From: an uncultured Phycisphaerales bacterium
GTDB taxonomy: Bacteria > Planctomycetota > Phycisphaerae > Tepidisphaerales > Tepidisphaeraceae
Assembly (NCBI GenBank): GCA_963844715.1
Contig: CAWJPJ010000008.1
Span: 96,001 to 160,000 of the forward strand
DNA length: 64,000 nt
Direction: 5' to 3'
Part shown: positions 29,792 to 38,870 of the stretch, in pieces
How the letters are laid out: each line of letters starts with the position of its first letter
Position numbering within the stretch: the stretch's first letter is position 1
Notes under the pieces: model-generated
The model's database searches: none
What the model was told of the DNA's origin: nothing
What the model saw: the letters and a program-made list of their open reading frames with translations, nothing else
Made by a program: the position numbers and the translations under genes

Positions 29792-30274
29792 ATGACTACT
29801 CCCAACGAAGTCTTCCACCGTGCCCTATCCAAACTCCTCCAAGAAATCTTCAACGGCCCGCCCACCCAGGAAGCCTATATCCTAAACCCCGGCGATCCCG
29901 GCCTCCTCGGCCAGCTTGAATCGATCGACGCTGCCAAAGCCTCCTCTCGCCCCATGCCCGGCAAGACCACCATCGCCGCCCATGCCGATCACATTCACTT
30001 CGGCCTTTCCCTCCTCAACCGCTGGGCCGCCGGCGAACCCAACCCCTGGGCCGACGCCGACTGGAACGCCAGTTGGCAACGCACCATCGTGACCGAGGAT
30101 CAGTGGCGAACCCTTCGCAACAATCTCCGCCGCGAGGCAGAGTCATGGCGAAAGGCAGTCGCCGCCCGTTCCGATTGGGACGACCTCGCCGCCGCCGGCG
30201 CCCTCTCCAGCCTCGCCCACACCGCCTACCACCTCGGCTCCATCCGCCAAATTCTCGCCGCGATCAACAAATGA
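29792..30274 (+). CDS. DinB/YfiT-like protein
   Basis: TIAAHADHI and AHTAYHLGSIRQI His motifs. Confidence 0.7.
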   Translation: MTTPNEVFHRALSKLLQEIFNGPPTQEAYILNPGDPGLLGQLESIDAAKASSRPMPGKTTIAAHADHIHFGLSLLNRWAAGEPNPWADADWNASWQRTIVTEDQWRTLRNNLRREAESWRKAVAARSDWDDLAAAGALSSLAHTAYHLGSIRQILAAINK

Positions 30275-30290
30275 AACGGAGGCAAAGCAC

Positions 30291-30716
30291 ATGGCCCAAT
30301 GGAGACGCGCTGCTATCGAACATTTGCCCGAACTGCGCCAGAAAATTGCCGCGGCCGACAGCATTATGGCGTTATGGATTGAGATTCACGGCGCATTCGA
30401 GAAGGCCTACCGCGAACCCCGCAATGAGGACCTCATAGCGCGCATCTATGCCTTCGCTCGATGGTGCTGGCACGCCCCTCGGAATGAAGATCCCGGCCGC
30501 GATCCATCCACAGCCGCGACCGTCGCGTTTCTTGAGCACATTCCCGGAATCCCCGCCGCCCGCGAAGACATGCCGCGATGGTTTACGTTCGATGAGATCG
30601 CCGCCGCTAAAAGCATCTTCGTCTACTCGTTGGGGGAGATCGCGTATAAGGAATTGCTCGCCCACATGCAGAGAAACAAGCACCAGCATTCAAAGCACCC
30701 CAGACTCCTCCCTTAG
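30291..30716 (+). CDS. Hypothetical protein
   Basis: 141-aa ORF with GGAGG RBS. Contains IYAFARWC and VAFLEHI. Confidence 0.65.
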   Translation: MAQWRRAAIEHLPELRQKIAAADSIMALWIEIHGAFEKAYREPRNEDLIARIYAFARWCWHAPRNEDPGRDPSTAATVAFLEHIPGIPAAREDMPRWFTFDEIAAAKSIFVYSLGEIAYKELLAHMQRNKHQHSKHPRLLP

Positions 30717-31329
30717 CCCGCGCCCGTGCGACGTGCCGCCGCTTACTTACACCCGCAACCGACTCGCAGGTGCTGCATTTTCCGCCTCCGGACGGTTTGA
30801 GGGGAAGGAAAGAGGGCCTCTGCACCCGCCGCCGCAGGCGGCAACTCCCAACCCTCCCCTTGCAAACGGATCACTCGAACCGCAGCAGGCCAGCCAGCCG
30901 TCCTCGCATCGGCAACCCGCTCTCGAATTCGAGCCGGTTGACCCGATCGGAACGAACGCTATGACCGACAAAAAAAATAACAAATCACAAAAAATGCATA
31001 TTTCGCCACCGCCCGCGACCTACCCGTCAAATCCCGCGCCCAAATATAATTACAAAAAATCAGCCCACACAAAAATTCAAAAAATGACCTTGCATGAATT
31101 TCAATTTAATTTCCGATTTTCAGTCCCTTTTTGCCAAAATCCTGCTCCACCCTCCGAAGCCTGCGCAATCTGGGCAATCCACACAATGTATGTTCAATAT
31201 TCATCAACCCCCGCAACCCCGTTACAGCAAAAGACTTCCCCCAAAAAACCCCCCAATATCGGTTCGAACCGAAAGCCCTAGGAAAAATAATTACCCCACC
31301 CTTTTTCCGAATTCGATTTATTTTCCCCC

Positions 31330-31446
31330 GCCCTGAGCCCTGTCGAAGGGCCCGCCCTTGTTCCCAATCTTAATCCTAATCCTCCCCCCGAAGCCCAAAT
31401 CAAGCACCGATTAAGATTATGATTACGATTAAGATTACGAGCAGGA
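31330..31446. repeat. REP-like motif plus hexamer-unit palindrome
   Basis: gccctgagccctgtcgaagggc (inverted homolog at 44754-44777), then AATC(T/C)T x3 facing GATTA(A/T/C) x5. Confidence 0.7.
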
Positions 31447-31456
31447 AGAAGGGAAA

Positions 31457-32119
31457 ATGGATTTAGCCGCAACGATCGATCACACCCTCCTCAAACCCGA
31501 GGCAACCGAGGCCGACATCCGCAAACTCGCTGCCGAGCAAATCGAATTCAAATTCGCCACCGCCTGCGTGAACGGAACCTGGGTCAAACTCGCCGCCGAC
31601 TTAGGAGCCAAAGTCTGCGCAGTAGTCGGCTTTCCCCTCGGCGCCGCAAAATCCTCAATCAAAGCCGCCGAAGCCGTCGCCGCGATCGAAGACGGCGCGT
31701 CCGAAATCGATATGGTCGCGCCCCTCGGCCTTTTGCTCGACGCCAAAGACCCCCTCGTTCAAGACGACATCGCCCAAGTCGTCCGCGCCGTCAAAACCGT
31801 GCGCCGGGACGCGATCGTAAAAGTCATCCTCGAAACCGCCGCTCTCTCCGAACATCAAACCGCCGCCGCCTGCCGCGCCGCCAAAGCCGCCGGCGCGGAT
31901 TTCGTGAAGACTTCCACAGGCTTTCATCCCAAAGGCGGCGCCACAATCCAAGCCGTCCGCTGGCTCGCGAAATACGCCGCCGGAATGGGCGTCAAAGCCT
32001 CCGGCGGAATCAAGGACCGCGCCGCCGCCGAGGCCATGATCGCCGCCGGCGCCACCCGCATCGGCACATCCAGCGGCGTGGCCATCATCCGCGGGGGCGG
32101 TTCGAGCAGTTCGTATTAA
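31457..32119 (+). CDS. deoC: Deoxyribose-phosphate aldolase
   Basis: IDHTLLKP, VVGFPLG, EIDMV, FVKTSTGF, VKASGGI and RIGTS. Confidence 0.95.
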   Translation: MDLAATIDHTLLKPEATEADIRKLAAEQIEFKFATACVNGTWVKLAADLGAKVCAVVGFPLGAAKSSIKAAEAVAAIEDGASEIDMVAPLGLLLDAKDPLVQDDIAQVVRAVKTVRRDAIVKVILETAALSEHQTAAACRAAKAAGADFVKTSTGFHPKGGATIQAVRWLAKYAAGMGVKASGGIKDRAAAEAMIAAGATRIGTSSGVAIIRGGGSSSSY

Positions 32120-33003
32120 CTGGCGCGGGCGATCAGATTTTCTAAAACGGTCTCAAGCGGAACGACGCCTTTGAGGGTTTTGGCCTCTTCCGATTCGAAG
32201 CAAATCCACCCTTCATTGAACCCGTCGAGCATGGCCATTCGCGGCTCGCCGTTGGTGGATCCCTGCGAGGAAAAAATCCCCGCCCATTTTTCGCGAGGGA
32301 CGATTTGGGCGCGAACGGCGCGATCCAGCAATATGGAGAAGGCCGCCGCGACATCCGCGGGGCTATAGCGCCGCGGGCCTTCAAGTTCGACCACTTTGCG
32401 GCCGGTCCACTCATGCTGGAGCATTTCGGCTGCGACGCGGCCGATGTCGGCGGTGGCGACCATCGGGAAAAGTTTGTCCAGCGGCTTCAGAAAGCTGTCG
32501 AGGATGCCTGTCTTTTTCGCCAACTCGACATCCCAGGCGAAGTTCTCCATGAACCACGCCGCGCGCAGAAAAGCGATGGGGATCGGCAGATTCCCCAGAG
32601 TCTGCTCCACCATCGTCAATTGGGTCAGCAGGTTGGTTCGCGTGGCCTGCGCGCGAACCGTCGAGAGGCAAACGATTTTCGCGGGCCTGGCGCTGGCCAG
32701 CGCCGAGTTGAGGGCCGCGATGATGCCTTTCGCTTCGGGGAAACCCGGGGACGGAGCGAAAACGGGTGGGAGAAGCACAAAGACCCCGTCCACGCCGGAA
32801 AACGCCGCCATCAGCGCTTCGGCGTCGGACATCTCCGCGGCCGCGATCTGGCATCCCTGCTCGCCCCACTCCCTCGCTTTGTCCGGGTTGCGAACCACAG
32901 CGCGTACGGATTTTCCAGCGACAAGAAGCGTTCGCGCGACCACGCCCCCAACCTGGCCCGTTATTCCGGTCACGGCAAACACTTGATCGTCGCGGCGCGG
33001 CAT
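32116..33003 (-). CDS. NmrA-like NAD(P)-binding protein
   Basis: VTGITGQVG, LRAAWFMEN and MVATADIG. Confidence 0.85.
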   Translation of the reverse strand: MPRRDDQVFAVTGITGQVGGVVARTLLVAGKSVRAVVRNPDKAREWGEQGCQIAAAEMSDAEALMAAFSGVDGVFVLLPPVFAPSPGFPEAKGIIAALNSALASARPAKIVCLSTVRAQATRTNLLTQLTMVEQTLGNLPIPIAFLRAAWFMENFAWDVELAKKTGILDSFLKPLDKLFPMVATADIGRVAAEMLQHEWTGRKVVELEGPRRYSPADVAAAFSILLDRAVRAQIVPREKWAGIFSSQGSTNGEPRMAMLDGFNEGWICFESEEAKTLKGVVPLETVLENLIARAS

Positions 33004-33082
33004 CGCGGCTCCTTTCGCATCCAGATTTGCCCAGCGCTGTGGATTATGGCAACGAAAATATTATGGAGTACCATCCCTTCCA

Positions 33083-34072
33083 ATGATACGGGGAAAAGCA
33101 CTTTGGCCGGCCGTGATCGCCTGCCTTGTCCTGACCTGCACCGCGGCCCATGCCCAGAAAATGGCCGCCAATACCGAGCCCTCAACCCAGCCCGGCGGCC
33201 CGCAAAAAACCTACGTCGGCATCTACATCAACGACGTTTACGAACTGGATCTCAAGCAATCCACCTACGTCGTCGACTTCTACATCTGGTTCCGCTGGAA
33301 GGGGGATATCGACCCCACCGAGTTCGAATTCATGAACGGTGAACTCGATCTCAAGGAACACCCCTATCGGCAGGCCGACAACGGAGTCAATTACGTTTCC
33401 TACCATTGCCGCGGCACGTTTCACATCGTCTTTGATTTCCGCAGATACCCGCTCGATTCCCATCAGCTAATCCTCGAGTTGGAAGACGGCGTGCACGACG
33501 TCAACGAACTTTACTACGTCGTCGATAGCGAGCACATGCAAGGCCTCCGGCCGGTCGTCCTCTCCGGCTGGAACTGCGGCGATCCCGACTTCAATGTCGC
33601 CGACCATCTCTATAAGACCAATTTCGGCGAGCCCACCCAGCGCGCATCCAAAACCGACACCTATTCGCGTTTCACCTGCGCCATCCACATCTCCCGCTCC
33701 GGCGACTCCATCTATATCAAAACCTTCCTCGGCCTGTTCATCTCCGTCGCCATCGCGTTTTTGTCCTTCCTCCTCAGGCCCAACGACACCGACCCGCGTT
33801 TCGCCGTCGGCGTCGCCGCGATTTTCGGAGCCGTCAGCTCCGAGATCGTGACCTCGGGCAATCTGCCGGATATGCCCTACCTGACCATGGGGGACAAAAT
33901 CCACCTCTTCAGCCTCTTCATGATCTTCCTATCGCTTCTGCAATCATGCCTGCTGCTGAAACTTTACCGGGTGGAGAAACACTCCGTCGCGTTTCGCATC
34001 AATCGGCTATCGCTCTTCGCGTTCCCGATCTTCTACGCGATCGTCGTCTCCGTGTTGTCGTATTTTGGATGA
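33083..34072 (+). CDS. Prokaryotic pentameric ligand-gated ion channel (GLIC/ELIC-like)
   Basis: Signal peptide, beta-rich extracellular domain, Pro-loop FRRYPLD, LPDMPYLTMGD M2-M3 loop and four C-terminal TM helices. Confidence 0.8.
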   Translation: MIRGKALWPAVIACLVLTCTAAHAQKMAANTEPSTQPGGPQKTYVGIYINDVYELDLKQSTYVVDFYIWFRWKGDIDPTEFEFMNGELDLKEHPYRQADNGVNYVSYHCRGTFHIVFDFRRYPLDSHQLILELEDGVHDVNELYYVVDSEHMQGLRPVVLSGWNCGDPDFNVADHLYKTNFGEPTQRASKTDTYSRFTCAIHISRSGDSIYIKTFLGLFISVAIAFLSFLLRPNDTDPRFAVGVAAIFGAVSSEIVTSGNLPDMPYLTMGDKIHLFSLFMIFLSLLQSCLLLKLYRVEKHSVAFRINRLSLFAFPIFYAIVVSVLSYFG

Positions 34073-34086
34073 CGCGGATTCAATGC

Positions 34087-34210
34087 AACCGCAGAGACGC
34101 GGAGGCCGCGGAGATAGACGCGGAGAAGAATGGAAAAGATCAATTCGAGATAAAATTCAAAATCATTTCTTGCATTTTCATCTGTGTTGATCTGTGCCCC
34201 ATCTGTGGCT
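34087..34210. repeat. Two short-unit repeat arms between convergent genes
   Basis: CGC(A/G)GAG x4 on the left and ATCTGTG x3 on the right. Confidence 0.65.
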
Positions 34211-34243
34211 AAAGGGCATTTGGATTTCCCATCCTCGACGCGC

Positions 34244-34939
34244 TTATCGCAGCACCTTGTATCGGAACCAGTTCACGCCGTTGGGAAGCTTCTTCTGCCA
34301 GATCAATCGCAATCCCGCGGCGGCTTTGGTTTGCCGGGGATCGTCGACATCGAAAAAACTCGAAACGCCCACGCCGCCGTCGACGATGGGGACTACAACC
34401 TGGCTGATTTCGTCAATGAGCCCCGCGCCGAGCATCGATCCGTTGAATTTCCCGCCCCCCTGGCACATCAGTTTTTTCAGATTGAAACCCCGGCGGAGTT
34501 TGGTCATCGCCAGCGGAAGATCGATTTCCGATTTGCCGCAGAAAAGATAAGACACGCCGGCATGCCGCAGCCGGGCCAGATGGACATCGCTTGCGCGCTG
34601 GGTGATGAGCAGAACGACGTGGTCGCCCCCGACTTCGGGTTTTTGGAACTCGAGGACGCCTTTGGCATCCGCGCCGATGGCGAGCGTCTTGGCATTGGGT
34701 TTAACGATATGGTCGCGCCGCGGGGCCGGCCCGTCAGCCGGCAGGCGTTTTTTCCCGTGATACGAGAATTCCTTCATGGTGGTCGTGCCCACCACCCAGG
34801 CGCCGATTTTGAAACTCGCCGCGGTCGTTTCGAAAAGCTTGGCGGACCCGCGAACGCCGGGAATATCCGGCCAGCGATGCCCGATGATTTTCCCGTCAAT
34901 GGTCGTGCACATGTGGCAAATGATATAAGGGCGCGGCAT
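34244..34939 (-). CDS. RibD C-terminal / dihydrofolate reductase-like protein
   Basis: RPYIICHM.TTIDGKI, QGGGKFNGSML.AGLIDEIS and P.VDG. Confidence 0.85.
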   Translation of the reverse strand: MPRPYIICHMCTTIDGKIIGHRWPDIPGVRGSAKLFETTAASFKIGAWVVGTTTMKEFSYHGKKRLPADGPAPRRDHIVKPNAKTLAIGADAKGVLEFQKPEVGGDHVVLLITQRASDVHLARLRHAGVSYLFCGKSEIDLPLAMTKLRRGFNLKKLMCQGGGKFNGSMLGAGLIDEISQVVVPIVDGGVGVSSFFDVDDPRQTKAAAGLRLIWQKKLPNGVNWFRYKVLR

Positions 34940-35028
34940 GGCCGATTAACCTCCTTCGATTGGCTTGTCTCTCCTTCCGAGTTTAGCAGGGGATCGTCCC
35001 GCGAAGAATGGGGCAAGAGGGCCGGAAT

Positions 35029-37119
35029 TCAGGCGTGTTCTTCAACCCGTCCCGCGATAACGGCAATGGTCGCGAGCAATTCCGACGGCTCGACCGGCTT
35101 GGCGACATGGGCGATATATCCCGCGCGAAGGGCGCGGGTGCGATCCTCCGATCGCGCAAAGGCCGTCAGCGCGATAGCGGGGATTCGCGCGCACGCCCCG
35201 GTGCGGATTTTCCGCACTTTTCTGAGGAATTCGTACCCGTCGATGCCCGGCATGCCGATGTCGCTGACCAGCATGTCCGGCGTGTCGTGCTCGAGCATTT
35301 GCAGCGCCTGTGTCGCGGATTCAGATGTGAGAACCTGCGCCCCCGATTCGACCAGCAGCCGCCGGATCAGTTCGCGGGCGTCCGATTCGTCGTCGACCAC
35401 GAGAACCTTCAGGGACGAAAGATCGGAGCGTTGGATCGCGACGGACATGCCCGCCGAATCGTCGCATTGGGGATTCATTGTCACGGGCAGGATCGGCAGA
35501 CGAACCACGAAAACCGCGCCCTTTCCCGGGCCGTCGCTGTTAGCTTCGATCGTACCGCCATGCAATTCGACGAGTTGTTTGACGATCGCCAAACCCAGTC
35601 CAAGCCCGCCGTGCTTTCGATTTGCCGAGGAGTCCGCCTGGCTGAATCGCGCAAAAAGATTGGGCAGAAATTCCGGGACGATGCCCTGGCCAGTGTCGGA
35701 GATCGTGAGTTCAACGTGCGAGCCGACGCGCTGGAGGATCACCCGCACCCGTCCGCCCCGCGGCGTGAATTTTACGGCGTTGCTCAGCAGGTTCCAGACG
35801 ATCTGCTGCAGTCGAGCCGGATCGCCCGAGATCAGCCCGGCAACGGGATCGAGATGTTTTTCAATGCGGATCTGCTTGGCGTCCGCCGAGGACTGCACCG
35901 TTTCGATCGCTTCGTTGACGGCGGGCAACGGGTCGACCCGCTGAATCTCCAGCCGCAATTTGCCGGAAATAATGCGGCTCATATCGAGCAGATCGTCGAT
36001 CAGTTGTTTTTGCAGTCGGGCGTTCCGCTCGATGACCAGCCCGGCGTCCTTCATGTCTCCCGGTGACATGTGTCCCGCGGTGAGCAGCCGGGCCCATCCC
36101 ATGACGGCGTTCAGCGGCGTGCGCAATTCATGGGAGAGGATCGCCAGGAACTCGTCCTTCATGCGATTGACGCGCTGCGCCTGCTCGCGGGCGTGCCGCT
36201 CGGCTTCCAGAAGCCGCTCCTGCTCCTGCTCCAGACGTTTGCGGTCGGAAATATCGTGGGCAATCTTGGAAGCGCCGATGACTTTGCCCGAAGCATCGCG
36301 CATCGGGGAAACCGTCACGGAGATGTCGATCAACCGCCCGTCCTTAGCGCGCCGCTGCGTGTCAAAATGATCGATCCGTTCCCCGCGGCGAAGGCGCGAG
36401 ATGATCTGCACCTCCTCATCGTGCCGGTCGGACGGAACGATCAGAAGAATCGACCGCCCGATCGCCTCATCCGCGGTGTAGCCGAAGAGCCGCTCGGCCG
36501 ACCCGTTCCAGGACGTGATGATCCCGTCGAGAGTCTTGCTGATGATCGCGTCGTCGGAACTTTCGATGATCGCGCCAAGCCTCGCCTGGACGATCTCGGC
36601 CGCCTTCTGCACCTCGTCCGACTGGTGCCGCTCCGTGACGTCCACCAGCATGTTCACGGCGCCGATGATCCGCCCGTTCGCGTACAGCGGAGACGGAAAC
36701 GGCATCACATTCCGGCGGACCCCGTCGGGGCGCTCGACGATAATCTCCACATCGCGCACCGCGCGCCCTTCCTTCAATGCGATAGCCATGGGGCACTCGT
36801 CCAGCGGCATCGGCGAGCCGTCGAGACGATAGATGCGGAACGACCCGCACCACATGTCCGCGCCAATCTCCGGCTTGCGGCCCCACATTTGCGCCGCGGC
36901 GTCGTTGAAAAGACAAATGCGCCCCGACGCATCACAAATATAAATGGCGAAAGGCAGTTCCTGAATGAGCTGGCGATAAACATCGCTCCGCAATAGGAGT
37001 TGCGATTGTGAATCGGAGTTGGGGGAAAACTCACCAATACTACTGGTGACGACAGGCTCAACCGGTCCGACCGCGTCTGCCGACGGAATGCACCGGGGGT
37101 TATCCAACTGCTGCGCCAT
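35029..37119 (-). CDS. Hybrid PAS-PAS histidine kinase / receiver
   Basis: PAS domains, SHELRTPL, NLLSNAVKF, GLGLGL and receiver SDIGMP. Confidence 0.92.
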   Translation of the reverse strand: MAQQLDNPRCIPSADAVGPVEPVVTSSIGEFSPNSDSQSQLLLRSDVYRQLIQELPFAIYICDASGRICLFNDAAAQMWGRKPEIGADMWCGSFRIYRLDGSPMPLDECPMAIALKEGRAVRDVEIIVERPDGVRRNVMPFPSPLYANGRIIGAVNMLVDVTERHQSDEVQKAAEIVQARLGAIIESSDDAIISKTLDGIITSWNGSAERLFGYTADEAIGRSILLIVPSDRHDEEVQIISRLRRGERIDHFDTQRRAKDGRLIDISVTVSPMRDASGKVIGASKIAHDISDRKRLEQEQERLLEAERHAREQAQRVNRMKDEFLAILSHELRTPLNAVMGWARLLTAGHMSPGDMKDAGLVIERNARLQKQLIDDLLDMSRIISGKLRLEIQRVDPLPAVNEAIETVQSSADAKQIRIEKHLDPVAGLISGDPARLQQIVWNLLSNAVKFTPRGGRVRVILQRVGSHVELTISDTGQGIVPEFLPNLFARFSQADSSANRKHGGLGLGLAIVKQLVELHGGTIEANSDGPGKGAVFVVRLPILPVTMNPQCDDSAGMSVAIQRSDLSSLKVLVVDDESDARELIRRLLVESGAQVLTSESATQALQMLEHDTPDMLVSDIGMPGIDGYEFLRKVRKIRTGACARIPAIALTAFARSEDRTRALRAGYIAHVAKPVEPSELLATIAVIAGRVEEHA

Positions 37120-37313
37120 CTTGATTCCTGCTTGCCCCGTGCAACATCGCCGCAACGACCATCGTAAGCAGCCATCCTACGTCTTTGTGGTGATTCCGCC
37201 AATGTTCAAAATTCGACTTTTGCCACGGTCCGTTATTTATGCAAAGAGTTATCAATAAAAAACTTATGAAGGTGATAGGACGGGTCTCGACGGATTGTTA
37301 ATATCGTTCAGAA

Positions 37314-37727
37314 ATGGACATCCGGCGCTTTGAGATTTCTGATGAGGCGGACGTGATTGCCCTCTGGCGGGAGTGCGATCTGATCCGGCCTTGGAATGAT
37401 CCGCATAAAGAAATCACGCGAAAGATGGCGTCTCAGCCCGACTGGTTTCTGGTTGGAACGCTCGATGGGAAGATCGTCGCCAGCGTGATGGCCGGATATG
37501 ACGGGCATCGGGGATGGCTCAACTATGTCGCGGTGGCGCGGAAATACCGCCGGCGCGGTTTGGGCGGGTTGATCATCGCGCATGCCGAGCAACTTTTGCA
37601 CGCCGCGGGGTGCCCGAAAATCAATTTGCAGGTTCGTACTGCGAATCAGGACGTGATCCGCTTCTACGAGAAGCTGGGGTATGCGGCTGATGATGTCACG
37701 AGCATGGGGAAGCGATTCAGCGATTGA
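37314..37727 (+). CDS. GNAT acetyltransferase (YpeA-like)
   Basis: RPWNDP, GYDGHRGW, GCPKINLQVR and FYEKLGY. Confidence 0.85.
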   Translation: MDIRRFEISDEADVIALWRECDLIRPWNDPHKEITRKMASQPDWFLVGTLDGKIVASVMAGYDGHRGWLNYVAVARKYRRRGLGGLIIAHAEQLLHAAGCPKINLQVRTANQDVIRFYEKLGYAADDVTSMGKRFSD

Positions 37728-37916
37728 TGCTCGTCTCCGCCGGAATGTTTCGATCAACATGTCTAAACGGGATCAGCGCACGACAAAAAAAATTAATTCG
37801 TCGCAACTTGGACACGTTCGAAATTGTGTACTCAAAGGAAGGAACGTAATCGCGGCGGCAGTCGAATCGCGACCCGCGCCGCACGCGGACGGGCAATATT
37901 CTAAGGAGGTTTCGTC

Positions 37917-38756
37917 ATGAAAAGAGCGGCAATTATTACGGCGGCAGTTATTTCGATCGGCGCACTCAATCTGGAAAACGCGCGGGCGTCCGACAATTCG
38001 CCGGCGACGCAGCCATCTCATCAGATGGTCAGCGCCGGAGTCGCCGCCGTGAAAACCGACCCGGGCGGGGCGTCGATCACGGATGTTCGGATACGCAGCG
38101 TGATCGCCAGCGCCACCGATGCGGCCATGAATCCCAAAGGCATGCCCGACCTGGTCTCCACGTTCCGCGACGCGCAGCGACAAAGCATCGAGAAATCGAA
38201 GACCTATTCCGAGGGCTTCGGCAGCGATCTGAAAATGCATATCGAGGCGATCTCCAAGGACTGGAAGAAAAAATATGGCGACGAGTTCTCGATTTCGACC
38301 GCGACGAAAATCTTCAGCCCGAGTTTCGCGGCGATTCAGACCGAATCCCCCGCCTCGAACAACGGGCATCGCGAATCCGCCCTGGTGACCCTTCGAGGTG
38401 AGACCCATCTCGGAGGCATGCAGGTGCCCCTGATTTGCGAGCAGGGCAGCGACTGGAGGATCGATGCTCCCGCGGCTCTGGACGCCGTGACGCTGCGAGC
38501 CAATTTGCTGGAACGCCTGACGAGTGTGCAGCACAACTTTGCGAACTGGCCCAAGAGTGAAACCGACGCCTATCGGCTGGTTGCTCACGAAGTGATGGGA
38601 GCCGTGCTGAATCGGACGATGCATGTGCAGGCTTCGGCCGCAGTGCCGTCGGAAACCACGGCTATCAACTCGTCGGCTCAGCAGACGAGCGCAACCGTGA
38701 AACCGGTTTCGGAAACGACCACGACGCACCACTGGTATCAATTCTGGAATTGGTGA
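37917..38756 (+). CDS. Secreted hypothetical protein
   Basis: AAGGAGG RBS; signal peptide followed by PATQP. Confidence 0.7.
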   Translation: MKRAAIITAAVISIGALNLENARASDNSPATQPSHQMVSAGVAAVKTDPGGASITDVRIRSVIASATDAAMNPKGMPDLVSTFRDAQRQSIEKSKTYSEGFGSDLKMHIEAISKDWKKKYGDEFSISTATKIFSPSFAAIQTESPASNNGHRESALVTLRGETHLGGMQVPLICEQGSDWRIDAPAALDAVTLRANLLERLTSVQHNFANWPKSETDAYRLVAHEVMGAVLNRTMHVQASAAVPSETTAINSSAQQTSATVKPVSETTTTHHWYQFWNW

Positions 38757-38782
38757 TAGCGCGTGTTGTATTGACGCGACAA

Positions 38783-38819
38783 AAAGCCAACGGATTGCCG
38801 TCCGGTGGCTTTCTTCTTT
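38783..38819 (+). terminator. Possible intrinsic terminator
   Basis: AAAGCCAACGGA-loop-TCCGGTGGCTTT followed by a T-rich tail. Confidence 0.45.
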
Positions 38820-38870
38820 GATGGGAGCGCATTTTCGCCACGCGGGCGAACGTGGTAGATTTCCGGGGGT

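Noticed and set aside
30780..30880. Possible structured RNA (imperfect stem enclosing a GCCGCCGCAGGCGGC hairpin)
   Set aside because: No match to the tRNA, SRP, tmRNA or RNase P motifs I can recognise, and only one copy.
30448..31281. 277-aa ORF across the AT-rich spacer
   Set aside because: Low-complexity P/S/K/N composition reflecting base skew. It overlaps a better ORF and has no recognisable domain.
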